In this document: piece after piece, positions 42,868-53,966 of the stretch
Numbering within the stretch: position 1 is the stretch's first letter
Layout of the letters: the number at the start of each line of letters is the position of its first letter
NCBI GenBank assembly: GCA_046052125.1
Contig: JBJOMY010000004.1
Coordinates: 64,001-128,000 of the forward strand
Direction of reading: 5' to 3'
From: Cyanobacteriota bacterium
Lineage (GTDB): Bacteria > Cyanobacteriota > Cyanobacteriia > PCC-6307 > Cyanobiaceae
Length of the DNA stretch: 64,000 nucleotides
Made by a program: the position numbers and the translations under genes
The notes under the pieces: generated by a model
What the model saw: the letters and a program-made list of their open reading frames with translations, nothing else
Database searches by the model: none
Told to the model about the DNA's origin: nothing

Positions 42868-44454
42868 ATGACAAAGGTTCTGGTTTCCGATCCCATCGAT
42901 CAGACAGGGATCGACATCCTGTCGCAGGTGGCTCAGGTGGATGTGCGCACGGGCCTGCCGCCCGAGCAGCTCAAGGAGATCATCGGCGAGTACGACGCGC
43001 TGATGATTCGTTCCGGCACCACGGTGACGGCCGACATCATCGAAGCCGCAGACAAGCTGCGGATCATTGGCCGCGCCGGTGTGGGGGTCGACAACGTCGA
43101 CGTGCCGGCGGCCACCAAGCGCGGCGTGATTGTGGTGAATTCGCCCGAGGGCAACACCATCGCTGCGGCGGAGCACGCCCTGGCACTGATGCTCTCGCTA
43201 TCGCGCCACGTGCCCCACGCTCACGTGAGCACCATGGCTGGCGGCTGGGATCGCAAGAAATACGTGGGCAACGAGCTCTACAAGAAGAAGCTCGGTGTGG
43301 TGGGCCTGGGCAAGATCGGTTCCCACGTCGCCCGCGTGGCCAAGGCCATGGGCATGGAACTGCTGGCCTACGACCCGTTTGTGTCGCCTGAGCGCGCCCA
43401 GCAGATGCAGGTGAAGCTGCTGCCGCTGGCTGAGCTGTTCGCCGAGGCTGACTACGTGAGCCTGCACCTGCCCCGCACGCCAGACACCGAAAACCTGGTG
43501 AACGCCGAGCTGCTGCGCACGATGAAGCCGACAGCCCGGATTGTGAACTGTGCCCGCGGCGGCATCATTGATGAGGCAGCGATTGCTGAGGCGGTGGAGA
43601 AGGGCGTGATCGCCGGCGCTGCCCTCGACGTTTATGCCAAGGAGCCCCTCGAGGCTGATTCAGCGCTGCGCAGCGTGAACGAGCGCCTGATCCTCACTCC
43701 GCACCTGGGCGCTTCCACGGAGGAAGCCCAGGAAAACGTGGCTATCGATGTGGCCGAGCAGATCCGCGATGTGCTGCTGGGCCTGCCCGCGCGCAGCGCC
43801 GTGAACATCCCCGGCCTCAACGCCGAGGTGATGGAGCAGCTCAAGCCCCATCTGCAGCTGGCGGAAACCCTGGGTCAGCTGCTCAGCCAGCTGGCGGGCG
43901 GTCAGATCAGCGAGCTGGAAGTGCGGCTGCAGGGCGAATTTGCCAGCCATCCCGCCCAGCCCCTGGTGATCGCGGCCCTCAAGGGTCTGCTCTCCACCGC
44001 CCTGGGCGATTCGATCAACTATGTGAACGCCGGCCTGGAGGCCAAGGAGCGCGGCATCCACGTGCTCGAAGTGAAGGATGACGCCGCCCGCGATTTCGCC
44101 GGTGGTTCCCTCCAGCTCAGCTCCAAGGGCGCCAACGGCAACCACACCGTGACCGGTGCTGTGTTTGCCGATGGCGAATTGCGCATCACCACCATTGATG
44201 AGTTCCCGGTGAATGTGGCGCCCAGCCGCCACATGCTCTTCACCCGTCACCGCGACATGCCAGGCATCATCGGCAACCTGGGTTCGGTGCTGGGCGAGCA
44301 CAACGTGAACATCGCCTCGATGCAGGTGGGCCGCCGCATCGTGCGTGGCGACGCCGTGATGGTGCTTAGCCTCGACGATCCCCTGCCCGCCAGCCTGCTG
44401 GCCACCATCCATGCGATCGAGGGCATCCAGGAAGCCCATCCGGTGACCCTCTGA
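42868..44454 (+). CDS. serA: D-3-phosphoglycerate dehydrogenase
   Basis: GRAGVGVDN, GLGKIG, TPHLGAST, C-terminal ACT domain. Confidence 0.98.
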   Translation: MTKVLVSDPIDQTGIDILSQVAQVDVRTGLPPEQLKEIIGEYDALMIRSGTTVTADIIEAADKLRIIGRAGVGVDNVDVPAATKRGVIVVNSPEGNTIAAAEHALALMLSLSRHVPHAHVSTMAGGWDRKKYVGNELYKKKLGVVGLGKIGSHVARVAKAMGMELLAYDPFVSPERAQQMQVKLLPLAELFAEADYVSLHLPRTPDTENLVNAELLRTMKPTARIVNCARGGIIDEAAIAEAVEKGVIAGAALDVYAKEPLEADSALRSVNERLILTPHLGASTEEAQENVAIDVAEQIRDVLLGLPARSAVNIPGLNAEVMEQLKPHLQLAETLGQLLSQLAGGQISELEVRLQGEFASHPAQPLVIAALKGLLSTALGDSINYVNAGLEAKERGIHVLEVKDDAARDFAGGSLQLSSKGANGNHTVTGAVFADGELRITTIDEFPVNVAPSRHMLFTRHRDMPGIIGNLGSVLGEHNVNIASMQVGRRIVRGDAVMVLSLDDPLPASLLATIHAIEGIQEAHPVTL

Positions 44455-44484
44455 TCCGACACTGATCAGAGACGTTTCACACCG

Positions 44485-45408
44485 ATGACGCTCTCCTGGT
44501 GGCGCCTCGAGCTCCCTTCCCTTCCGGAGCTGGAGGAATCGCTGATCTGGAAGCTGAATGCCCTCGGCATCCCTCGGGTTGCCGTGCGGCATCGGCCGGA
44601 AGCCCCCGATCAGCGTCAGCTGGTGGCCTGGCTGCCGGAAGCCGATTGGCCGGAGCCTGAGCGCCTACAGCTCGAGCAGGCCCTGGCCCCACTGGCCGAC
44701 ACCTTCGGCCTCACCCTGCCGGCGATCTCCTGGGAGCACCAGGACGACGAGGACTGGAGCCTCAGCTGGAAGCAGCACTGGGAGGCCGATCCGGTGGGTC
44801 GTCGGTTGCTGATCCTGCCGGCCTGGTTGGAGCTTCCCCCAGAACATGCCGAGCGGCTGGTGATCCGGATGGATCCAGGCAGTGCCTTCGGCACCGGTAG
44901 CCACCCCACCACGCGCCTCTGCCTCGAGGCGATCGAGCAGCTGGCCGAGGACCGCGGTTCGCCGGCAGCGCCGGATCTGGGCCCGATCCGCGTGGCCGAC
45001 CTCGGATGCGGCAGCGGCATCCTGGGGATTGCGGCGCTCCTGCAGGGCGCCATCAGCGTGGCGGCGGCGGATACCGACTCCCTGGCGGTGCGTGCCACCC
45101 GCGACAACGCGGTGGTGAGCGGCTTCGCCGACCGCTTTTCAGTGGAGCTGGGCTCCGTGGAGCGCCTGGCGCAGCTGTTGGACGGCCGTCCAGCTGATCT
45201 CTTGCTCTGCAACATCCTGGCGCCGGTGATTGAGGCCCTCTGTCCCGCCTTCCACACCGTGCTGGCAGCGGACGGCCTCGGCTTGCTGAGTGGCTTGCTG
45301 GTGGAACAGGCGCCGCGCTTGCAGCAGGCCCTGGCCGATGAGGGCTGGCATGCCGAGCTCACCGCGCAACAAAGCCAATGGGGCTTGATGACGATCCGGC
45401 GGGCTTAA
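44485..45408 (+). CDS. prmA: Ribosomal protein L11 methyltransferase
   Basis: DPGSAFGTGSHPTT, DLGCGSGIL, NILA. Confidence 0.96.
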   Translation: MTLSWWRLELPSLPELEESLIWKLNALGIPRVAVRHRPEAPDQRQLVAWLPEADWPEPERLQLEQALAPLADTFGLTLPAISWEHQDDEDWSLSWKQHWEADPVGRRLLILPAWLELPPEHAERLVIRMDPGSAFGTGSHPTTRLCLEAIEQLAEDRGSPAAPDLGPIRVADLGCGSGILGIAALLQGAISVAAADTDSLAVRATRDNAVVSGFADRFSVELGSVERLAQLLDGRPADLLLCNILAPVIEALCPAFHTVLAADGLGLLSGLLVEQAPRLQQALADEGWHAELTAQQSQWGLMTIRRA

Positions 45409-45589
45409 GCCTCGGCGCGGCGAATTCGCGGATGTTGCATAAGGCACGCTGATCTGTGCCCTGCGTTCTGATTGGGCTTCACGGCCTGAGGCGCTCAGAA
45501 CCCCAGGAACATGCCCCGGCGGATGTAGGAAGGGTCCGTCCTACGGGCCCGGGAACTTTCCCAGGAGCCTGTGAGCCCCAATCCCTTCC

Positions 45590-45889
45590 ATGGCTTCCTA
45601 CAAGGTCACCCTCATCAGCGAGGCAGAGGGCCTCAACAAGACCATCGAGGTTCCCGACGATCAGTACATCCTCGACGCCGCTGAAGAGCAGGGCATCGAC
45701 CTCCCCTACTCCTGCCGTGCTGGTGCTTGCAGCACCTGCGCCGGCAAGATCACTGCTGGCACCGTGGACCAGTCTGACCAGAGCTTCCTCGACGACGACC
45801 AGATCGAAGCTGGCTTCGTGCTCACCTGCGTGGCCTACCCCACCAGCGACTGCACCATCAAGACCCACGCTGAAGAAGAGCTCTATTGA
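45590..45889 (+). CDS. petF: Ferredoxin I
   Basis: [28 protein letters not shown]. Confidence 0.98.
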   Translation: MASYKVTLISEAEGLNKTIEVPDDQYILDAAEEQGIDLPYSCRAGACSTCAGKITAGTVDQSDQSFLDDDQIEAGFVLTCVAYPTSDCTIKTHAEEELY

Positions 45890-45940
45890 GCCTCTGCTCG
45901 AGGGCGTGCCTGTTCACGCCCCGGCAGCTTCATCTCCCCA

Positions 45941-45964
45941 GCCACCCCTCGGGGTGGTTTTTTT
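45941..45964 (+). terminator. Terminator after petF
   Basis: GCCACCCC-TC-GGGGTGG plus T7. Confidence 0.85.
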
Positions 45965-45988
45965 GTCTTCACCCCCATCTCTCTCGCC

Positions 45989-46396
45989 GTGCCCGCCGCC
46001 TCTGCCTCGGCATCAACGCCTCCTCAGGTGGCTGAGCTTTATGCGCCGGGGAGTGAGCACACCAGCCCTGGCGGGCAATACAGCTTTCGGGTGTTAGGGC
46101 CGTGCTGCCGGCTGTTTGATCGCGAGGAGCTGCCCTGGCCCTGCTGCCGCATCGCCTGGCGCAGCAAGGAGCCCAGCTGGCGGCGGGTGGGTCGTCGCTT
46201 CGTGGCTGATCTGGCATCGCGGCGCTGCCCGTCCTATGCCGTGGAGCTGCTGCAGCCTGGCTCCAGGCCCACCGCCACGGTGCTCACGCTCTTTTCGCTG
46301 CGGCTCAGCGCGCCCCTGCAGGAGTGGTGGTACAGCAAGCAGCCCGGTTCCTGCGAGCCAGCCAATAGTGCTCCGCCGCTGGCCGAGCAGCCATAA
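45989..46396 (+). CDS. Conserved hypothetical protein
   Basis: W/C-rich ORF (PCCRLFDREELPWPCCR, KEPSWRR) between petF and psbV. Confidence 0.75.
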   Translation: MPAASASASTPPQVAELYAPGSEHTSPGGQYSFRVLGPCCRLFDREELPWPCCRIAWRSKEPSWRRVGRRFVADLASRRCPSYAVELLQPGSRPTATVLTLFSLRLSAPLQEWWYSKQPGSCEPANSAPPLAEQP

Positions 46397-46426
46397 AAAA
46401 AGACCCCACCGATCGGGCGGAGTCTT
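46395..46426 (-). terminator. Terminator after psbV
   Basis: A tract followed by an imperfect AAGAC...GTCTT hairpin on the + strand. Confidence 0.65.
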
Positions 46427-46457
46427 GCTCGTTGATTGGGCCGGTGGGCCTGACGGA

Positions 46458-46967
46458 TCAGAAGTAGATCTTGCCGCCGCCCCAGGCCGAACCCTGAACC
46501 TTGGGGGCCACCAGGATGAAGCCGGCCATCAGGCGCAGGTCTTCGTCGTTGAGATCGCGCATCTTCACGAACACGTCGCTGCTGCGGATGCTGGGGTGAA
46601 CGTCGGCAATGCTGTATTCGCCGTCGTAGCTGGTGGGGTCCTTCATGTAGTCCACCAGGGCGTCCACGTTGTCGCGGGCCGGGGTGGCCAGCGCGAGGGT
46701 TTCGGGGTCGAGACCCACGTTGTGGTTGGTCTTGGTGATGCCACCGGCGTGGCACTCGCCACAGCTGGTGTTGAAGATCTTGCGGCCCGCTTTGATCTCC
46801 TGCTCGCTGAAGGTCACCGTGGTGCCATCGGCATTCACCGGAACGGTGAGCTGATCAGCGGTCCACTGGGCGGCCTGTGCGGGGGCCGCCAGGCCCATCA
46901 GCAGGGCAAGGGGCAGAACCAGCACCCGGGCCAGGGTCCGGAGGGCAGAAGAGAAGGAAGAGGCCAT
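46458..46967 (-). CDS. psbV: Photosystem II cytochrome c-550
   Basis: Signal peptide, CGECH, KTNHNVGL, WGGGKIYF. Confidence 0.97.
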   Translation of the reverse strand: MASSFSSALRTLARVLVLPLALLMGLAAPAQAAQWTADQLTVPVNADGTTVTFSEQEIKAGRKIFNTSCGECHAGGITKTNHNVGLDPETLALATPARDNVDALVDYMKDPTSYDGEYSIADVHPSIRSSDVFVKMRDLNDEDLRLMAGFILVAPKVQGSAWGGGKIYF

Positions 46968-47074
46968 CGAAAAAGCCGGCAAGGTGGCGGTAGAGACCGC
47001 GCCTGAGCCCTTGTATCACGGCCGATGGGCCTGCCGGCTGCCTAGGCCGTTGGCACTCACGAACTGTTGCAGCC

Positions 47075-48025
47075 TCAGCTCTCGTCCGCTGCCACTTCCA
47101 CGGTGAGGAAGTCTTTGGCCAGCTCGGTGTTGGGGAAGATCGCCCGGGCCTCGTTGAGCAGATCGTCGGGAGTGACGGGGTTGCCCGGCACGTAGCGGGG
47201 GCTGAGGTGGGTGAGCATCAGCTGTTTCACGCCGGCGGCGAGGGCCGTTTGGGCGGCCATGGTGCTGGTGGAGTGCTGCCGGGCGAAGGCCATCTCGGCT
47301 TCGGCGTGGGCGAAGGTGCTCTCGTGGATCAGCAGATCGGCCCCCTGGGCGAGTTCCACGGCCGCTTCGCTGAACACGGTGTCGGTGCAGTACACCACGC
47401 TGCTGCCAGGACGCTCCGGCCCGCAGAGGCTGGCGCCGTTGATGATCCGGCCGTCCTCGAGCACCACCTCGCGTCCGGCTTTGAGCTCGGCGTAGATCGG
47501 GCCGGGTGGGATCCCAAGGGCGCGGGCCTGCTCCACATCGAAGCGCCCAGCACGAGGCTTTTGATCCACCCGGTAGGCGTAGGCGGGCACGCGGTGGATG
47601 AGCTTGGTGCAGCGCACGGTGATGTCGTCGTCGTCGAGCAGCAGCGCGCCGCTGCTGGCGGCCTCCTTCACGCGATGGCTGCGCAGCGGGTAGCCGATGC
47701 GGGTGGATGAGGTGCGCAGCACGCCTTCCAAGTAGTCGCGCAGGGGATCCGGTCCATAGAGATCGATGCCACTGCAGGTGCCCGCCAGCCCGAGGCTGGC
47801 CAGTAGGCCCGGGAGGCCGAACACATGATCCCCGTGCATGTGGGTCACAAACACGCGCCGCAGCTGGCTGACCCGCAGGTCGCTGCGCAGAAATTGATGC
47901 TGGGTGCCCTCACCGCAGTCGAACAGCCAGAGCTCCGAGCGCTGCGGTAGGCGCAGGGCCACGGCTGAAACGTTGCGCCCCTTCGTGGGAACGCCGGAGC
48001 TGGTGCCGAGGAAGGTGACCTGCAC
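47075..48025 (-). CDS. rnz: Ribonuclease Z
   Basis: [37 protein letters not shown]. Confidence 0.97.
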   Translation of the reverse strand: MQVTFLGTSSGVPTKGRNVSAVALRLPQRSELWLFDCGEGTQHQFLRSDLRVSQLRRVFVTHMHGDHVFGLPGLLASLGLAGTCSGIDLYGPDPLRDYLEGVLRTSSTRIGYPLRSHRVKEAASSGALLLDDDDITVRCTKLIHRVPAYAYRVDQKPRAGRFDVEQARALGIPPGPIYAELKAGREVVLEDGRIINGASLCGPERPGSSVVYCTDTVFSEAAVELAQGADLLIHESTFAHAEAEMAFARQHSTSTMAAQTALAAGVKQLMLTHLSPRYVPGNPVTPDDLLNEARAIFPNTELAKDFLTVEVAADES

Positions 48026-48141
48026 GGCGGCCGGACGCTCCCCGGTGTGACTGATCTGATGGTGCCATGCCGCAGCGGGAGAGCACTGGCGCTTCGTTCA
48101 GTCGCTCGTCACAATGGCCTGCCCTGCCAGCTCGGTCTTCG

Positions 48142-49488
48142 ATGGTGCGCCTGAGCAGCTTCACGCTGGGATCGATGGCCCTCACGGCAGCCCTGCTGAT
48201 GCCTCAGGCTGAGTTGGCCCGGGCGGCGCAGCCCGCGGCCAACAGAACACTTGGCGATCCGCTGCTGCGGGTGCTCGTGTTTCAGGGCGAACAGGTGCGG
48301 CTGAGGCCGGCCCTGTCTGCTGCAGGCCTGAGGTTGCGCGATGCCCAGGGCCGGATGCTGGAGGAGTTCAGCGGCCAAGTGGTGCTGCAGGCGGAGCCCG
48401 TCGATGGTTGGTTGCGGCTCAGCCGCGCCGATGCCGCCAATTCAGAGCAGTGGCAGGCCCGGGAGGTGTGGCTCGATGCGGTAGCCGGCGCTGAGGAGAG
48501 TGATCCTGGCCTCTGGATAGGGCAGCGGCGTTACCGCGGCAGGGTCCAGCTGCGTCTCGAGGCGGGCCGGGTGCAGGTGGTGAATCACGTGCCCTTGGAG
48601 GTGTACCTCCCCAGCGTGGTGGGCAGTGAGATGCCCGCCAGCTGGCCTCTGGAGGCCCTGCGTGCCCAGGCGGTGGCGGCGCGCACCTATGCACTCAAGG
48701 CCCGTAAACCGGCGGCTCTGTTTGATCTGCAAGCCACGACGTCAAGCCAGGTCTACAAGGGTGTTGAGGCGGAAACGCCCTCCACCCGGGCCGCTGTGGA
48801 GGGCACCCGTGGGCTGGTGCTCACGTACAACCATGCACTGATCGATGCGGTGTTCCACAGCAGTAGTGGCGGCAACACCGAGAGCAGTGGCGACCTCTGG
48901 CCGCGGCAGGTGCCCTACCTGGTGAGCGTGCCCGATTACGACAACGCCTCGCCGGTACGCGATTGGCGCCAACCTCTCGATCAGACGAAGTTGCGCCAGG
49001 CCTTCCCGGAGCTCGGTGGTGCCCTTGGGATTGATGTGCTCTCCACCACCCCCACCGGACGGGTGCGGCAGGCACGGGTGGTGGGCCCCTCTGGCCAGCT
49101 GGCGCTCACGGGGGCTCAGTTGCGTTCGCGGCTGGGCCTCAAGAGCACCTGGGTGCGCTTTGAACTGCTGCCGACGACCGCGACGCCAGGGGAATCGACT
49201 TCCCCAACGCCACCACCATCCGTCGCGGCCCTCACCCTGCCCGCTCCCGCTGCTGCGAGTGAAGAAGCCGTGCAACTGGTGGCGGTGGGCCGTGGCTTTG
49301 GCCATGGGGTTGGCATGAGCCAGTGGGGTGCCCTGGCCATGGCCCAGCGCGGAGACACCTACGCCACGATCCTGCGTCACTACTACCGAGGCACCGAGCT
49401 GCAGCCCTATGGCGAGCTGGCGCGCACCGCCAGTGCTGAGCGAGGCTTGGGGAACGACGCCCCCCGGACCCTGGCTGCCTCCCCTTGA
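48142..49488 (+). CDS. SpoIID/LytB-domain lytic transglycosylase (start uncertain)
   Basis: YL.SVVGSEMP.SWPLEALRAQAVAARTYA, QVYKG, GFGHGVGMSQWGA. Confidence 0.94.
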   Translation: MVRLSSFTLGSMALTAALLMPQAELARAAQPAANRTLGDPLLRVLVFQGEQVRLRPALSAAGLRLRDAQGRMLEEFSGQVVLQAEPVDGWLRLSRADAANSEQWQAREVWLDAVAGAEESDPGLWIGQRRYRGRVQLRLEAGRVQVVNHVPLEVYLPSVVGSEMPASWPLEALRAQAVAARTYALKARKPAALFDLQATTSSQVYKGVEAETPSTRAAVEGTRGLVLTYNHALIDAVFHSSSGGNTESSGDLWPRQVPYLVSVPDYDNASPVRDWRQPLDQTKLRQAFPELGGALGIDVLSTTPTGRVRQARVVGPSGQLALTGAQLRSRLGLKSTWVRFELLPTTATPGESTSPTPPPSVAALTLPAPAAASEEAVQLVAVGRGFGHGVGMSQWGALAMAQRGDTYATILRHYYRGTELQPYGELARTASAERGLGNDAPRTLAASP

Positions 49489-50273
49489 TCGCCTCCTCCG
49501 CATCGCTCCGCTCACTGTCCCGGCACGGGCATCTACGGGTTGAGCGGGATGCGGAGGCTGTGGCTGCTGTGGTTGCTGAGCGCATACATCACGCGCTCGA
49601 ATCCCGAGCTGTGCTCGGGTTGGCCACTGGGCGCACGATGGAGCCGGTGTACGCCACCCTGCGGGAACGGCTGCTGACCCTGCCTCAGCAGCAGTGCCAA
49701 GCGTTGTTGGCGGGCTGGTGCAGCTTCAACCTTGATGAATATGTGGGTCTTGGGCCGGAGCAGCCCAACTCCTTCGCTGCCTTCATGCAGCAGCACTTGG
49801 CCGGGCCTTTGGAGTTGCGGCCAGGGTGCCTGCAGCTGCCCGATGGCCTGGCTCCCGAGCCGGATCAGGAGGCCGGTCGCTACGGGGCAGCGGTGCTGGC
49901 GTCTGGCGGGATCGATCTGCAGTTGCTTGGGCTTGGGAGCAATGGCCATGTGGGCTTCAACGAGCCTCCCTGCGCTGCCGATGTGCCTTGCCGTTGCCTC
50001 TCGCTCAGCCAGGCCACCCGCGAGCAAAATGCCGCCGCCTTCGGCGGAGATCCCCTGGCGGTGCCCTCCAAGGCCATCACCCTGGGCACTGCCGAGATCC
50101 TGCGTGCCCGGCGGGTGCTGCTGGTGGTGACCGGTGCGGCCAAGGCCGAGATTCTGCGCCGCAGCTTGCAGGAGCCTCCCTGCCCGGAGGTGCCAGCCAG
50201 CTGGCTGCAGCGGCATCCCCACCTGGAGGTGGTGGTGGATCAGGCCGCGGCAGCCGCGTTGTCGCTCAGCTGA
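49485..50273 (+). CDS. nagB: Glucosamine-6-phosphate deaminase
   Basis: [38 protein letters not shown]. Confidence 0.92.
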   Translation: MIASSASLRSLSRHGHLRVERDAEAVAAVVAERIHHALESRAVLGLATGRTMEPVYATLRERLLTLPQQQCQALLAGWCSFNLDEYVGLGPEQPNSFAAFMQQHLAGPLELRPGCLQLPDGLAPEPDQEAGRYGAAVLASGGIDLQLLGLGSNGHVGFNEPPCAADVPCRCLSLSQATREQNAAAFGGDPLAVPSKAITLGTAEILRARRVLLVVTGAAKAEILRRSLQEPPCPEVPASWLQRHPHLEVVVDQAAAAALSLS

Positions 50274-51039
50274 CCAGCGATTTCAGTGTTTCTTCATCCG
50301 CCTCCAGGTTGCTGGTCACGCTGCGCACATCGTCGAGTTCATCGAGTGCATCCAGCAGCTTCAGGCAGCTGGCAAGGCTGGCGGGCTCGTTGAGCGGGCA
50401 GGGGGTCTGGGCGATCCAGCGGTGCTCCCAGCTGCTCACGGGCAGGCCCAGGCTGCGCAGACCGTCCTGCAAAGCCTCCAGCTGCTCAAAGGCGCCGAAC
50501 ACGTCCGCGCCTTCTTCGTCGAGCTCGTAGCCAACGATCTCCGGCCCGCCCTGGCCCTCAAGCTCCAGCAAGCCCTCCAGCAGCGCTTCCTCCTGCAGCC
50601 CGGCCTGCTCCAGTCGCACCACGCTGCGGTGCTCAAACAGGTAGCCCACGCAGCCCGTTTCGCCGAGATTGCCGCCGTTCTTGCTGAAGGCCAGGCGGAT
50701 TTCTGCGGCGGTGCGATTGCGGTTGTCGGTGAGTGATTCGATCAGCACCGCCACCCCGCCGGGGCCATAGCCCTCGTAGCGCACCTCTTCAAACTGTTCA
50801 CCTCCGCCGCCGGCTTGGCCGGCGCCCTTGGCGATCGCCCGTTCGATGTTGGCGTTCGGCACCCGGGCGGCCTTGGCTTTTTCAATCGCTGTGCGCAGCT
50901 GGAAGTTGCCGTTGGGATCGGCACCGGCCCTGGCCGCCACCATGATTTCCCGCCCCAGTCGGGTGAACACGGCACCGCGCTTGGCATCCACCACCGCTTT
51001 GGTGCGCTTGATCTGGGCCCATCGGCTATGGCCGGCCAT
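50266..51039 (-). CDS. yebC: YebC/PmpR family protein
   Basis: [26 protein letters not shown]. Confidence 0.96.
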   Translation of the reverse strand: MAGHSRWAQIKRTKAVVDAKRGAVFTRLGREIMVAARAGADPNGNFQLRTAIEKAKAARVPNANIERAIAKGAGQAGGGGEQFEEVRYEGYGPGGVAVLIESLTDNRNRTAAEIRLAFSKNGGNLGETGCVGYLFEHRSVVRLEQAGLQEEALLEGLLELEGQGGPEIVGYELDEEGADVFGAFEQLEALQDGLRSLGLPVSSWEHRWIAQTPCPLNEPASLASCLKLLDALDELDDVRSVTSNLEADEETLKSLVS

Positions 51040-51083
51040 GTTGCGGAGGAACGGGGTCGGGACGAGAGAACGAAAACCGGAGC

Positions 51084-51995
51084 TCAGCCAGCGGCGTCGA
51101 GCACCAGCCGCGGTTGCAGGGTTCCGGTGGCCTGCACTCGGGCCATGCCGGCCAGATTGCCATCCGGGCTCACCACCACCACCGCGGTGTCGGGTTCCCA
51201 GCTTGGATCGCAGTCCTGCAGCCGCCCGCAGCGCCAGCCCTGCAGTTGCTCCTGCTCCAAGGGGTGCCTTGGCAGATGCGCCAGGGCGTTGAGCGGATCC
51301 ACCAGGAGCGGACGCGGCTCCTGATCCAGTTGCTCCAGGCTCACGCTCTGCTGGAGCCCAAAGCCGAGGGCTTCGGTGCGGCGCAATCGGGCCAGAGCGC
51401 CTCCGCAGCCCAGCGCGTCGCCCAGATCCCGCGCGATCGAACGGATGTACGTGCCGGCTGAGCAAGCCACCTCCAGCTCCAGCTGGCCCTGATCCGGCGT
51501 CCAGCTCAGCAGGCTGAGGCGATGCACGCTCACGCTGCGGGCCGGCAGCTCCAGTGAAACTCCGGCGCGGGCCAGCTTGTAGGCGCGCTCCCCATTCACA
51601 TGCACGGCGGACACCGCAGGCGGCCGCTGCGCGATCGTGCCGCGAAACCGATCCAGGGCGGCCTCCAGGTCGGCGTCCACAAGGGCTGGCACAGGCTTGC
51701 GTTCCAGCATCTCGCCCTCCAGGTCGTCGCTGTCGGTGCGCACACCCAGTTGGATGACGCCCCGGTAGGTCTTGTCACCACTGAGGTAGGGCAGCAGGCG
51801 GGTGGCGGGCCCCAGTGCAATCGGCAGCACCCCTGTCACGGCTGGATCCAGGGTTCCGCCATGGCCCACGCGCTTCAGGCCATAGGCGCGACGCACCCGA
51901 CTAACGCAGCTGTGGGAACTCAGTCCGGCCGGCTTATCGAGCACCAGGAAGCCGCAGGTCACAGCAGAGGCCGCGTTCAACCCTGATGCTCCCAT
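51084..51995 (-). CDS. truB: tRNA pseudouridine(55) synthase (start uncertain)
   Basis: [23 protein letters not shown]. Confidence 0.96.
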   Translation of the reverse strand: MGASGLNAASAVTCGFLVLDKPAGLSSHSCVSRVRRAYGLKRVGHGGTLDPAVTGVLPIALGPATRLLPYLSGDKTYRGVIQLGVRTDSDDLEGEMLERKPVPALVDADLEAALDRFRGTIAQRPPAVSAVHVNGERAYKLARAGVSLELPARSVSVHRLSLLSWTPDQGQLELEVACSAGTYIRSIARDLGDALGCGGALARLRRTEALGFGLQQSVSLEQLDQEPRPLLVDPLNALAHLPRHPLEQEQLQGWRCGRLQDCDPSWEPDTAVVVVSPDGNLAGMARVQATGTLQPRLVLDAAG

Positions 51996-52044
51996 TGCGG
52001 CCCGCGCCGATCCCGCCAGGCTGGGAGCCCGCGTTGCCTTGCTG

Positions 52045-52812
52045 ATGTCTGGCCCTTCGGCCCTCGGCACTTTGTCCCTCAGCGCATCAGCACTGGAGCG
52101 CCGCCGCGAGCTCGCCTTCATGGTGCTCGCTGGGTTGTTTCTGGGCACCATGGGCATGCTCAACATCCTTGGCCTCACCCGCTTTCTGCAGCTGGGCAGC
52201 ATCGGCTCCTGGCCTGTGGTGGTGGCGGTGGGAGCGCTTCCCTATCCGGTGACGTTCCTCTGCACCGATCTGATCAGCGAGATCTGGGGTGAAGAGCGCG
52301 CCAGCCAGCTGGTGTGGGTGGGCTTGCTGCTCAACGGCTGGATTGTGCTGATCCTCTGGCTAGGCGGCGTATTGCCGGGGCTTCCGGGTGCACCCGATCA
52401 GACCTTCTTTGCGGTTCAGGAGCTGGCCTTCGGCGCTGTGGGGGCCTCGATGGTGGCCTACCTGGCCGCTCAGTTCACCGATGTGCGCCTCTTCCATTTC
52501 TGGAAACGGCTGAGCGGTGGCCGGGCGCTGTGGCTGCGCAACAACGGCTCCACCCTGGTGAGCCAGCTGGTAGACACCACGGCCGTGGTGCTGATCAGCC
52601 ACTACGCCGCCCATGTGCTGCCGGTGCGGCCCGATGCGCCGGTGTGGCCCCAGCTCGGCAGCTTCATCGCCAGTGGCTATCTGTTCAAGGCTGTGGCAGC
52701 CCTGGCCGACACCCTGCCCTTCTATTGGCTAACCGCCTGGCTGCGGCATTGGTTGGTGGTGCCAGGGGCGGGCGCCGAGCTCGATCCAACTCCAGGCTCA
52801 CCTCTACGGTGA
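52045..52812 (+). CDS. Queuosine precursor transporter (YhhQ/DUF165)
   Basis: YPVTFLCTDLISE, ASMVAYLAAQF.DV, WLRNNGSTLVSQLVDT. Confidence 0.92.
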   Translation: MSGPSALGTLSLSASALERRRELAFMVLAGLFLGTMGMLNILGLTRFLQLGSIGSWPVVVAVGALPYPVTFLCTDLISEIWGEERASQLVWVGLLLNGWIVLILWLGGVLPGLPGAPDQTFFAVQELAFGAVGASMVAYLAAQFTDVRLFHFWKRLSGGRALWLRNNGSTLVSQLVDTTAVVLISHYAAHVLPVRPDAPVWPQLGSFIASGYLFKAVAALADTLPFYWLTAWLRHWLVVPGAGAELDPTPGSPLR

Positions 52813-52818
52813 GCTCCC

Positions 52819-53571
52819 ATGAGCCCTCACGCCACCCTCTCCCTCGATCAATTCCTCAACGGAGGCTTTGATCTGCGCCGCCAGCTGGCTGATCACCTCG
52901 CCCTTGAGCTCGAGGAGCTGGAGCGCCGCCTGCCCCTGGCCACCGATGCGCTGGCCGCGGCCCATCCCGGTGCCTTTGCGCCCGATCAGGCGGAGGCTTT
53001 CTACGAAACCGCCGTGGGCACAGGGCATTTGCTGGAGCTGGCGGCCTGGCATCTGAGCAGTGCTGATTACATCGCCGACACCCTGCGCCTGCAGCAGCAG
53101 TTCGCCCGTGGGCAGGTGCTGGATTTCGGTGGAGGCATTGGCACCCATGCGCTGGCAGCGGCGGCGTTGCCTCAAGTGGAGGCGGTGTGGTTCGTGGATC
53201 TGAATCCGGAAAACCGCCGGTTTGTGCAGGCCCGGGCTGAGCGCTTTGGGCTTGCCCACAAGCTCCGCTGTTTCCGCGATCTCGATGCGCAGGAGCTTCC
53301 CGCCCAGTTCGACACGATTGTGTGCCTCGATGTGCTGGAGCACCTCAGTGACCCCAGCGCCCAGTTGGAGCAGTTCGCGGCACGGATGTCCCCCGCGGCT
53401 ATCGCTCTGCTCAATTGGTACTTCTTCAAGGGCTTCTCAGGCGAGTATCCCTTCCATTTCGATGATCCCCAACTGGTGGAGCGGTTCTTCCGCACGCTGC
53501 AGAGCCGTTTCCTCGAGGTGTTTCACCCCTTCTTGATCACCACCAGGGCCTACCGGGTGCTGGCCGGCTGA
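52819..53571 (+). CDS. Class I SAM-dependent methyltransferase
   Basis: VLDFGGGIG, FDTIVCLDVLEHL. Confidence 0.9.
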   Translation: MSPHATLSLDQFLNGGFDLRRQLADHLALELEELERRLPLATDALAAAHPGAFAPDQAEAFYETAVGTGHLLELAAWHLSSADYIADTLRLQQQFARGQVLDFGGGIGTHALAAAALPQVEAVWFVDLNPENRRFVQARAERFGLAHKLRCFRDLDAQELPAQFDTIVCLDVLEHLSDPSAQLEQFAARMSPAAIALLNWYFFKGFSGEYPFHFDDPQLVERFFRTLQSRFLEVFHPFLITTRAYRVLAG

Positions 53572-53596
53572 GGCCGCCCCGATGGGAACGGGCCAT

Positions 53597-53623
53597 AAAA
53601 AAGCCGGCACCACGGGTGCCGGC
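53597..53623 (-). terminator. Terminator of rplU-rpmA
   Basis: A6-GCCGGCACC-ACG-GGTGCCGGC on the + strand. Confidence 0.88.
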
Positions 53624-53663
53624 CGATTCAGCCTGAGCGAGCAGGCCTAGTGCGAGCTAACGA

Positions 53664-53927
53664 TCAGCCGACAGCCACGTTGATGCGCTTGCGGGTGCGT
53701 AGGCCACGCTTGATGGTGTCGAAGCTCACCACGCCGTCCACGAGGGCGAAGAGGGTGTCGTCGGAGCCGCGGCCAACGTTGTTGCCGGGCAGCACGGAGG
53801 TGCCGCGCTGGCGGATCAGGATCGAGCCAGCGTTCACCGACTCACCGCCGTAACGCTTCACGCCGAGACGCTTGGAGTTGGAGTCGCGGCCGTTGCGGGT
53901 GGAGCCGGTGCCTTTCTTGTGGGCCAT
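53664..53927 (-). CDS. rpmA: 50S ribosomal protein L27
   Basis: [16 protein letters not shown]. Confidence 0.99.
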   Translation of the reverse strand: MAHKKGTGSTRNGRDSNSKRLGVKRYGGESVNAGSILIRQRGTSVLPGNNVGRGSDDTLFALVDGVVSFDTIKRGLRTRKRINVAVG

Positions 53928-53966
53928 GGTTCAGAGGAGTGTTTGGTTGAGGAACGCTGCGGCTGA

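Noticed and set aside
47050..47058. TTGGCACTC, identical to the left arm of the groES CIRCE, upstream of psbV
   Set aside because: No matching right arm 9 nt downstream; a half-site alone is not an HrcA operator
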